Assembly (NCBI GenBank): GCA_005798405.1
Contig: SYJQ01000006.1
Span: 43,486-107,485 of the forward strand
Origin: Nitrosopumilaceae archaeon
GTDB lineage: Archaea > Thermoproteota > Nitrososphaeria > Nitrososphaerales > Nitrosopumilaceae
Direction: 5' to 3'
DNA length: 64,000 bases
Below the pieces are notes generated by a model, which worked only from the letters and a program-made list of their open reading frames with translations, did not search any database and had not been told where the DNA came from. This document shows, one piece after another, positions 9,453-16,801 of the stretch; position 1 is the stretch's first letter, and the number at the start of each line of letters is the position of its first letter. Made by a program: the position numbers and the translations under genes.

Positions 9453-10378
9453 TTGCCCAAGTTTTTTCCTTGTCCAAGAATCACATTACCCTCAATATTT
9501 GGAAATACATAAGATATGATTTCCATCCATTGGTAATCTGGATCATATAATCTATAGAATCCAGCTTCATCAAATGTAATGTTAATTGATTTACCGGGTA
9601 ATATTTCACCAGTTGAAATTCTACCATCAGCTGCATATTGAATATAACGATCACTTAGTTTTTGTCCACTGAGAATACTATGTGATACTATGTCATCATT
9701 TACAATAGTAATTGTTGTTCCTGGCTCAACTGAAATTCTATCTTGAGAAAAATATCTGAATCTTAATAAATCAGTGGAACTTTGAATTTCTGATGCATGT
9801 TGTCTTTTTCCTGCAAGATCAATGTATGTACCTATACCTTGAGTAGATGAATCTTTAGCAATATGGATTATAATTTTTTCATCTGCTTTAGATTCTGTTG
9901 GTGTAATCTTAATTTTTGATAGTTCAGATAGTTTTGCTGTATAGATTATTTTGTAATCATTGTCATCAGTTGTTATTCTTCCTGTAAATACATAGACTGA
10001 AGCACTCTTACTTTCTTCAACTATTCTTCCAAAAAATCTAACTGATGCTTTTTCACCAGTATCACTTTCAACAATACCATCAACTCTAATGTATTTGCCT
10101 TCTCGTAATACTGTCACTCCTAACTCAGTGGCTAAGAAATCTTCAGCATCTAAAATAATGAATCCATCCTCAATTGTAGATGTGATACTGCTTCCAGTTT
10201 GTTTTTGTGTAGATAATGCTAAATCAATTTCAGAAATTTTTATCAAATCTTCTGTTACTGCATATCCAGATCCTTCCAGAGTAAAAGCACTGTTTGGAGA
10301 AATTACTGCAAAAGAATCACTAAAGGCAAATCCTGAAAAAACAAGTAATAGTAGTGATACTGTAAAAGTGATATTCAT
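9449..10378 (-). CDS. Secreted protein with C-terminal cupredoxin-like domain lacking the Cys/His copper ligands
   Basis: Signal peptide (MNITFTVSLLLLVFSGFAFS). The C-terminus reads VEPGTTITIVNDDIVSHS...GFYRLYDPDYQWM, which follows the plastocyanin/amicyanin layout but has D and Y where Cys and His are expected. Confidence 0.6.
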   Translation of the reverse strand: MNITFTVSLLLLVFSGFAFSDSFAVISPNSAFTLEGSGYAVTEDLIKISEIDLALSTQKQTGSSITSTIEDGFIILDAEDFLATELGVTVLREGKYIRVDGIVESDTGEKASVRFFGRIVEESKSASVYVFTGRITTDDNDYKIIYTAKLSELSKIKITPTESKADEKIIIHIAKDSSTQGIGTYIDLAGKRQHASEIQSSTDLLRFRYFSQDRISVEPGTTITIVNDDIVSHSILSGQKLSDRYIQYAADGRISTGEILPGKSINITFDEAGFYRLYDPDYQWMEIISYVFPNIEGNVILGQGKNLGN

Positions 10379-10463
10379 ACTAGATTTTTCATATTATTTG
10401 GTTTATAATTTACTACTAAATTATTTTAGACTGATTAGGCAAATCCCTGGGTTTTTCATGTAA

Positions 10464-11069
10464 TTAGAAACCGGGTAGACCAATACCCTCTTCTTGAACT
10501 AGTTTGATCATATAATCTTCCAAGTATCCTCCTGCTAAAAGTAGGCCAATTACTATTCCAATTTCCATAATTGTAGGTTTGAGAAATGGGATTAGATTGG
10601 TTTTTTTAGATATTTCTCTAATTAACATGAAACTTCTAGATGTTGCTATAGAGTATGCAGTAAGTTCCATGATTCCAAAAGGCGAAAGAAAGAGAAGTGC
10701 AAGTGGTGGGACTTTTGCTAATTCTGGTGTAATTGAGACGATTGCTGAAAAAGCAAAACCAGTAGACCAAGCTGAGAACAATCCCCATGCGATTCCAAAT
10801 CCTGGAATAAACATTGGTAATGATATGGATGAGTTATGTAGAAAAATTCCTATTGCGTCAATATCTGCAACTAATTTTTCAAATTCTGCCATGAATGTAT
10901 TTGCGTCTTCTTCACTGACTTCAGACATTGAGCCAATTTGATAAGTTGCTGCAAATAATCCCATAAATATGAAAAATGTGATTATTCTAATCTTGGACAT
11001 GTTATCTTTTACTAGAAACAATATTTGAGGGTTGGGTATAGGCGCAGATTTAATTAAACCAAAAAACAT
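10464..11069 (-). CDS. Integral membrane protein, SpoIIM/DUF95-like
   Basis: Multiple TM helices. FLHNSSISLPMFIPGFGIAWG...GIMELTAYSIA resembles the SpoIIM family. The likely true start is the ATG at 11000 (MSKIRIITFF), which leaves room for divergent promoters with polB. Confidence 0.6.
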   Translation of the reverse strand: MFFGLIKSAPIPNPQILFLVKDNMSKIRIITFFIFMGLFAATYQIGSMSEVSEEDANTFMAEFEKLVADIDAIGIFLHNSSISLPMFIPGFGIAWGLFSAWSTGFAFSAIVSITPELAKVPPLALLFLSPFGIMELTAYSIATSRSFMLIREISKKTNLIPFLKPTIMEIGIVIGLLLAGGYLEDYMIKLVQEEGIGLPGF

Positions 11070-11072
11070 TCT

Positions 11073-12527
11073 TTGATGATGAAGAAGGAACTAACCATTG
11101 CTTTGAATTATGCTTTGAATAAAGGGTTTCAAATTCATCCTAATGCATTCAAGTTTTTAGAGAATATTGATGTGAAAAAACTAGAAAAAATAATTAAAGA
11201 AATTGTTCGTGAGAAAACAAAGCAAAAATTATTTCAAATTAATCAAGATGATTTAGAAGTTTATTTAGGAATTAAAGAAGACCAAACTTTACAAAATGAT
11301 CATAAGATAATTTTTGATCCAACTTTGAAAATTACTACTGGGGAGGGAGTAAAAGGGTATAACGCTCTTTTCTCAAGTCGTTTTAACAAACTAAAACGAA
11401 TAATCTCCGATAGACCTGAATCAAGAATGTTAAAGTCAATTGCTTCTATCAAAACTGTAAAATCTGATGATGACATGTATGTTTGTGGTCTTGTTACCAC
11501 CAGAAGTACTGAGAGAAATATAACAAAATTAGTTTTGGAAGATCCCTCAGGTTCATTTGAGGGGATTGTTTTTGATGTTGAATTGCAAAAAACTGCAGGC
11601 TCATTATTAAGCGATCAATTCATTATGGCACGAATAGGTTTTGGAAAAAATGCCGGGTATATCATAAAAGATTTGATTTCGCCAGATATTCCTGATCAAG
11701 CCTCAAATAGGTCAGAAACGGAAACATATGCAGTTTTTCTTTCAGATCTGCATATTGGAAGTAAGTACTTCATGGAAGATGAATTTAGTGAATTTGTATC
11801 ATGGTTATCCAGTCCTGACCCAATAGCAAGGAAAATTCGTTTTGTATTGATTTGTGGGGATTTGGTAGATGGTGTGGGAATTTATCCAAATCAAGACAAA
11901 GAATTAGTATGTCAAACCATTGAAGAGCAATTAAAAAAAGTTGAAAGTCTTCTAAATAGAATTCCTAATTATATCAAAATATTCATCATGCCAGGAAATC
12001 ATGATCCTGGACGCAGGGCATTACCACAACCAGCTATTCCAAAAAAATACAATTTAGGATTATGGGAAAAAGAGAATGTGTTTATGGTTGGAAATCCAGC
12101 CGTCATTTCTTTGAATGGGGTAAAGGTAATGATGTTTCATGGTCAAAGCATTGATGATATTGTAAAAACTACACCTGGTCTAAGTTATGATAAACCTACG
12201 AATGTAATGAAGCATCTTCTTAGAGCAAGACACCTTAGTCCTATTTATGGTAGTCAAACCCCAATTGCGCCTGAAATGGAAGATTTGATGGTAATTGATG
12301 AGATTCCAGATATTTTCCATGTTGGTCATGTTCATAGAGCAGAACTAGATATGTACAAAGGAATTCTTTTGTTAAATTCTGGTTCTTGGCAAAAACAGAC
12401 TCCATTTCAAGCTAGTGTTGGAATGACTCCTAATCCAGGGATAGCACTTATGGTAAATTTGAAGACTTTCAAGGTTTATCATGAAAATTACAATTCTAAT
12501 AAATTAAACAATATCCTGCAAAGTTAG
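11073..12527 (+). CDS. polB: DNA polymerase II (PolD) small subunit DP1
   Basis: Calcineurin/Mre11-like phosphoesterase motifs (FLSDLHIGS, ICGDLVDGVG, MPGNHD, GHVH) preceded by an OB-fold-like region. The length is typical of DP1. Confidence 0.9.
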   Translation: MMMKKELTIALNYALNKGFQIHPNAFKFLENIDVKKLEKIIKEIVREKTKQKLFQINQDDLEVYLGIKEDQTLQNDHKIIFDPTLKITTGEGVKGYNALFSSRFNKLKRIISDRPESRMLKSIASIKTVKSDDDMYVCGLVTTRSTERNITKLVLEDPSGSFEGIVFDVELQKTAGSLLSDQFIMARIGFGKNAGYIIKDLISPDIPDQASNRSETETYAVFLSDLHIGSKYFMEDEFSEFVSWLSSPDPIARKIRFVLICGDLVDGVGIYPNQDKELVCQTIEEQLKKVESLLNRIPNYIKIFIMPGNHDPGRRALPQPAIPKKYNLGLWEKENVFMVGNPAVISLNGVKVMMFHGQSIDDIVKTTPGLSYDKPTNVMKHLLRARHLSPIYGSQTPIAPEMEDLMVIDEIPDIFHVGHVHRAELDMYKGILLLNSGSWQKQTPFQASVGMTPNPGIALMVNLKTFKVYHENYNSNKLNNILQS

Positions 12528-13712
12528 ATCATCTTTAAAGGATTTTTTTATCATTTCAGGCGAGATTGTAAGTTTGTATTTTTTTGTCCTTCCATGTATT
12601 CCCTGATGAATTAGTCTTCCAGTGATTATTCCAGATAATTCAATTTCACTAAGCATTTGAGTAATTCGTCTTTGTGTTAATTCATCTCGTCCTACTGCTT
12701 TGCACAATCCTTTGTATGATGAATAAATCTCACCTGTAGATGATCCTCCTGCCTTCATTATTGCAAGAATAACAAGTTTTTCATGAAGTGGGTATGATTT
12801 TAGAGATGTTTCTTCTTTATTTTCTTCAATTTTTAGAGATGCTTCTCTTACATGATCTTTTGTAACTTTATCTGATTGTTGCCTTTCGGCAATTTCTCCT
12901 GCAACACGAATTAGATCAATTGCTCTCCTAGCATCACCGTGTTCACCACCGGCTAAGGCTGCGCAGAGGTTCAAGGCTGGCTCCTCCACTGAATTAGGGA
13001 TAAATGCCTCTTTAATTCGCTCTTCTAGTATTTTTTTAATTTGCTCTACATCATAATTTGTAAAAACTATCTCTTCTTCGCCTAGACTACTAATTACTCT
13101 AGGATCTAGTTTTTCCTTAAATGTAAGATCATTTGAAATTCCTACCAAAGTCAATGAGCCTTGTTTTAGACGCTCATTTGCTCTGGTTAGTTGATATAAG
13201 ATATCTTTACCTGTTTTTGAAATTAATTGTGCAAGATAATCAATTTCATCAATAACAAAAATGGCATTTATTTTAGATTCATCTATACAAATCAATATTC
13301 TTTTGAATACCTCACTAATCGCAAGACCTGTACTGGGTAATTCTTTGTCAGTTAAGCCTAATTGTCTTCCAAAACTTACCAATAGTCCATAAAGTGTTGT
13401 TTCTTCTTTGGAGTTTGAATAAATTAGTTTAATTGGAAATTTTGATTTTTCTACCCTGTCTTGAATTTTATTAATTACTTTCTTAACTACGAGAGTTTTT
13501 CCAGTTCCAGGTTTACCATATACTAATAGGTTTGAAGGTCTTGATTGTTTGAGAATTGGAAGTAATGATTGTGTTACTTGTTCTTGTTCAGTAGTTCTAT
13601 GTTGGATAATGTCAGGAATATATGTAAAATGAAGAATGTCTCTGTTTTTTATTATAGCTTTGCCAGATTCAGCTGCATCAAGTAATCTATCAATTGGGTC
13701 AGACATACTCAC
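12504..13712 (-). CDS. cdc6: Orc1/Cdc6 replication initiator
   Basis: AAA+ Walker A (YGKPGTGKT), Walker B (FVIDEIDYL), and a C-terminal winged helix (TQRRITQMLSEIELSGIITGRLIHQGIHGRTKKY). Confidence 0.95.
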   Translation of the reverse strand: MSMSDPIDRLLDAAESGKAIIKNRDILHFTYIPDIIQHRTTEQEQVTQSLLPILKQSRPSNLLVYGKPGTGKTLVVKKVINKIQDRVEKSKFPIKLIYSNSKEETTLYGLLVSFGRQLGLTDKELPSTGLAISEVFKRILICIDESKINAIFVIDEIDYLAQLISKTGKDILYQLTRANERLKQGSLTLVGISNDLTFKEKLDPRVISSLGEEEIVFTNYDVEQIKKILEERIKEAFIPNSVEEPALNLCAALAGGEHGDARRAIDLIRVAGEIAERQQSDKVTKDHVREASLKIEENKEETSLKSYPLHEKLVILAIMKAGGSSTGEIYSSYKGLCKAVGRDELTQRRITQMLSEIELSGIITGRLIHQGIHGRTKKYKLTISPEMIKKSFKDDLTLQDIV

Positions 13713-13855
13713 ACACCTATGTTTCTACTCAATAGTAACATAATCATATCTTAATTTGGAGAGTAAAGAAGAGAATAGTTATTCTAGTTTAGTTTGTAAT
13801 TAATTATTTTTAGTTAGATTTTAGATTTTCAATAAAAAAAATTAAAGAAAAAGAT

Positions 13856-13880
13856 AGAGTGGAAAGATAGGTGTGTGGGT
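13856..13880 (+). repeat. ORB-like element, weaker copy (AGAGTGGAAAGATAGGTGTGTGGGT)
   Basis: It shares GAGTGGAAA plus a downstream G-rich tract with the reverse complement of the two stronger copies, and is oriented opposite to them. Confidence 0.45.
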
Positions 13881-13952
13881 TAATTCTAATTAGATTTTTC
13901 ATTAACAAATTGTTAATATCATGTTAAAAAAATCCCTAAAAAGGTCATTTTG

Positions 13953-13976
13953 ACCCCTTTATTTCCATTCCAGGCG
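13953..13976 (-). repeat. ORB-like element (reverse complement CGCCTGGAATGGAAATAAAGGGGT)
   Basis: 21/23 identical to the copy at 14015-14037. It matches the TCCAnTGGAAA...GGGG layout of archaeal origin recognition boxes. Confidence 0.6.
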
Positions 13977-14014
13977 TTAAGATTGATGTTAACAATGTGA
14001 ATATCCTAAAACAA

Positions 14015-14038
14015 ACCCCTTTGTTTCCACTCCAGGCA
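14015..14038 (-). repeat. ORB-like element (reverse complement TGCCTGGAGTGGAAACAAAGGGGT)
   Basis: Direct repeat of 13953-13975, 62 bp downstream, with the same ORB-like layout. Confidence 0.6.
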
Positions 14039-14197
14039 TGATATAGGGGGTTTAATATTGAATTAAAATTTTGATATTGTTAATAACGAAAAACCATCTA
14101 CACATGGCCTAGGCAGTCAATGTTAACAAACCTCTTAGTTAACAAATATTCTGGGATCACTTGAACTGTTAACATTAGATCCTCATAGATCTCAAAG

Positions 14198-14581
14198 ATG
14201 GCCAAGAAACGCATTAGAATTGATATGGAAGATGCAGATGGAGCACGATATGACATCAAATTAGAGGGTAATGTTACTCGTGAAAAGGTTCTAAAAATCT
14301 TTGAAATGATGGATTTGATGAATATAGAAGAACAAGAACCCACCAATATGGATTCAATAGGCTCAAAAATATGGCATATTGTAGATAAGTTCTTCCCAAT
14401 GGGAAAATTTACCTCTACAAACATACTTGAAAAATATGAAGATGAATACAATGAGCCTGTTAAACTAAGTATAATCTCTACATATTTGTCCAGATTCTCT
14501 ACTAAAGGTAAGATTGATAGAATTAGAACCGGTCGTGAATGGACATATCAAACCATAAAACTAAGTCAAAAACAACAATAA
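14198..14581 (+). CDS. Small origin-adjacent protein with C-terminal winged-helix-like segment
   Basis: Charged N-terminal half. The C-terminus (TSTNILEKYEDEYNEPVKLSIISTYLSRFSTKGKIDRIRTGREWTY) looks like helix-turn-helix plus wing. The antisense ORF 14098..14451 has implausible composition. Confidence 0.6.
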   Translation: MAKKRIRIDMEDADGARYDIKLEGNVTREKVLKIFEMMDLMNIEEQEPTNMDSIGSKIWHIVDKFFPMGKFTSTNILEKYEDEYNEPVKLSIISTYLSRFSTKGKIDRIRTGREWTYQTIKLSQKQQ

Positions 14582-14582
14582 G

Positions 14583-14744
14583 TCAAGAAATTATAATTTT
14601 TCGAACTATAAGTCGATCTTTGCCTAAGATTATCTTCACATATTCTCCTTTCTGTATATCCATATATTTTCGAAATTGTTTTGGAATGGAAATTGTTCCG
14701 GCAGATGTAATTTTTACTAGTACCTCATTTTCTTGTACTGACAT
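14583..14744 (-). CDS. AbrB/SpoVT-type DNA-binding micro-protein (53 aa)
   Basis: Hand translation: MSVQENEVLVKITSAGTISIPKQFRKYMDIQKGEYVKIILGKDRLIVRKIIIS. GxxISIPKxxRxxxxIxxGExV is the swapped-hairpin AbrB/MazE signature. It is absent from the ORF track because it is under 60 aa. Confidence 0.6.
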   Translation of the reverse strand: MSVQENEVLVKITSAGTISIPKQFRKYMDIQKGEYVKIILGKDRLIVRKIIIS

Positions 14745-14876
14745 AATACTATTATAATTTAATAATATATATAATTTAATGTTTTTATATTTTTATAAAA
14801 TATAATAAATTTACACTCAATTACTATTTTTTTACTAAAACAAACTAAAACTAATCTTATGATTATCAGGAGTTAA

Positions 14877-15485
14877 TCATGCAATTATAGAATTAGATTC
14901 TATAATCTCTATCTTTTCCTTTCCTTTCTTTGTGATTGAATAGGTATATGGTTTTGTATTTGTATTCCTTTGAACATACCCATCTTCAAATAATTTCTTC
15001 ATTAATCTTGAAGTATGCTCTCTACTTCGTTTTAATGTGATTTGTATATCACGTGATGTCATAGCTTTATCTGTGATTAGATGCAACACATAATCTGTAG
15101 CATTATTATGATCTAAATTAGGCATGCGATGAATTGGAACAGGCTTATCATCACTAACAATCTCTGATTTTATTTGAGGTACAACAGGTTTTTCAATAAT
15201 TTGTTGATTTTTAGCTAATTTCTCTAGAAATTGTTTTAATTCTAAGTTAGGATCGGTTTTTTGTTCAAAATCCTGCATCTCCATAGCATCTAAACGTATT
15301 TTCATATCAATTAACTGTCTTTCATAGTATTCTAAACGCTCTAATTGTGATGAATCTATCATCTCACTCTTAGTTTTGATAAATGGACGTATTTTGTAGT
15401 AGATATACAAGCCTACCAAACCTATAACAAACGAAACTATCACACCTAAAATCATCTCTGGTTCAGGAATTTCTATTAACATCAC
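14877..15485 (-). CDS. Membrane-anchored coiled-coil protein with C-terminal winged-helix DNA-binding domain
   Basis: N-terminal TM helix (ILGVIVSFVIGLVGLYIYY), a coiled coil (LERLEYYERQLIDMKIRLDAMEM), and a C-terminal wHTH (YVLHLITDKAMTSRDIQITLKRSREHTSRLMKKLFEDGYVQRNTNTKPYTYSITKKG). The ATG at 15482 is the likely start. Confidence 0.65.
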   Translation of the reverse strand: MMLIEIPEPEMILGVIVSFVIGLVGLYIYYKIRPFIKTKSEMIDSSQLERLEYYERQLIDMKIRLDAMEMQDFEQKTDPNLELKQFLEKLAKNQQIIEKPVVPQIKSEIVSDDKPVPIHRMPNLDHNNATDYVLHLITDKAMTSRDIQITLKRSREHTSRLMKKLFEDGYVQRNTNTKPYTYSITKKGKEKIEIIESNSIIA

Positions 15486-15607
15486 AAAAATTATCCGTTA
15501 TTGTGATTTATCGTGATTGAACAATATTATTTCACACTTTAGATTAACAATAACGCACTTCACATCACAAAAAATTCAATCATCTTCTTACATTTGTAAT
15601 GATTATA

Positions 15608-15970
15608 TCACACATTACATGCCTGGCGTATCAATCTATCAATCACATTGATGACTTCATCTTCTCTTTCAGGGAATATATCACTCTCATTTATCACATG
15701 TATTTGCTCAGAAAGTTTTGATATCACATCAATATCATCTGGTAAAAGTATGCCTAAACCACGTAAAAGTATGATTGAATAGAATAATGCTATTAATTTG
15801 TCTCTAGACTGACCAACTTGTCTATAATACGCACCTTTTGTTATTGTAAATTTAGAGTTTAGAAGATCTTTCTGATTTAAAATAATTTCAATTTGTCGTT
15901 CAGTAAATAATGATTTTTTGATAATTTCACGTATAATGTTATTAAAATTAGATCTTTCAAACTCTGTCAT
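15608..15970 (-). CDS. Hypothetical protein with HTH-like segment
   Basis: LFTERQIEIILNQ...ITKGAYYRQVGQSRDKL resembles a sigma-r4/LuxR-like HTH. Tentative. Confidence 0.5.
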   Translation of the reverse strand: MTEFERSNFNNIIREIIKKSLFTERQIEIILNQKDLLNSKFTITKGAYYRQVGQSRDKLIALFYSIILLRGLGILLPDDIDVISKLSEQIHVINESDIFPEREDEVINVIDRLIRQACNV

Positions 15971-16034
15971 AGCTATACAAATCTGTATACCTTACTACAA
16001 TTAAACTTTAAAGAGTCATCTACAAACCTCTGTT

Positions 16035-16787
16035 ATGACTGGAAATAAAGTCGAATCATTCCTAAAATCTGAACTGAAGAAGAAAAATGCATTATTGTTT
16101 GTATTAATTGATTCTGAAGTATCAAAGTTAGAATCTTCACAAAAACTTGCTCAAGATGTCGAAAAGATAGGTGTATCTGCAATATTGATAGGCGGTTCAT
16201 CAGCAACAGATCAAATTGAAATGGCCGCAGTAGTTAAGGGCATTAAAAAAGGCATCAAAATTCCAATCATCTTATTTCCTGGAAACATCACTGGAGTTGT
16301 GCCTGACGCAGATGCAATTCTTTTTAGTTCATTAATGAATTCAGAAAATCCATATTTCATTACTCAAGCACAAGCATTAGGAGCACCAAGTGTTCTTAAA
16401 TTTGGATTAGAACCTTTACCAACAGCTTATTTGATCATTGGTGATGGAACTTCTGCATGGTTTGTAGGTTCTGCTAGAGGAATTCCATTTGAAAAACCAA
16501 AAATCGCTGCAGCGTATGCTCTTGCAGCACAATTTCTAGGAATGAGATTTGTCTACCTTGAAGCAGGTTCTGGAGCAAAATCAAGTGTTACACCAGAGAT
16601 GGTAAAAACTGTAAGAAGAGCATTTAATGGATTTCTTATAGTCGGTGGCGGAATTAGAGATATTAAAACTGCCACAGAACTGGTCAAAGCAGGGGCAGAT
16701 GCCTTAGTTATTGGAACATTTCTAGAGAAAGGTGGAAGTGTTAAAAAACTAGCCGAAATAGCAAAAGCAATTCAAAGAAGCAAGTAA
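16035..16787 (+). CDS. Geranylgeranylglyceryl phosphate synthase (PcrB/GGGPS family)
   Basis: TIM-barrel PcrB motifs: ILIGGS, ILFPGN, YLEAGSGA, VGGGIR. Confidence 0.85.
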   Translation: MTGNKVESFLKSELKKKNALLFVLIDSEVSKLESSQKLAQDVEKIGVSAILIGGSSATDQIEMAAVVKGIKKGIKIPIILFPGNITGVVPDADAILFSSLMNSENPYFITQAQALGAPSVLKFGLEPLPTAYLIIGDGTSAWFVGSARGIPFEKPKIAAAYALAAQFLGMRFVYLEAGSGAKSSVTPEMVKTVRRAFNGFLIVGGGIRDIKTATELVKAGADALVIGTFLEKGGSVKKLAEIAKAIQRSK

Positions 16788-16801
16788 TAGGAGACAGTAT
16801 T

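Larger units (their letters stand above)
13713..14197. other. Probable chromosomal replication origin (oriC) region
   Basis: This 485-bp ORF-free gap lies directly upstream of orc1/cdc6. It has ORB-like repeats in inverted orientation around a ~80% A+T stretch (13881-13950; 13 G/C in 70 nt by hand count). Confidence 0.65.

Noticed and set aside
14098-14451. 117-aa minus-strand track ORF overlapping the 14198..14581 gene
   Set aside because: It has Ser/Phe/Ile-rich low-complexity composition typical of an antisense shadow in AT-rich DNA. The plus-strand product has normal charged composition and a wHTH-like end.
14539-14757. 72-aa plus-strand track ORF
   Set aside because: Its composition is implausible, and it is exactly antisense to a clean AbrB-fold ORF (14583..14744, minus).
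15482-15506. Inverted repeat TCACAA-N13-TTGTGA at the start of the TM-wHTH gene
   Set aside because: The arms are only 6 bp in AT-rich sequence. This is too weak to call without comparative support.
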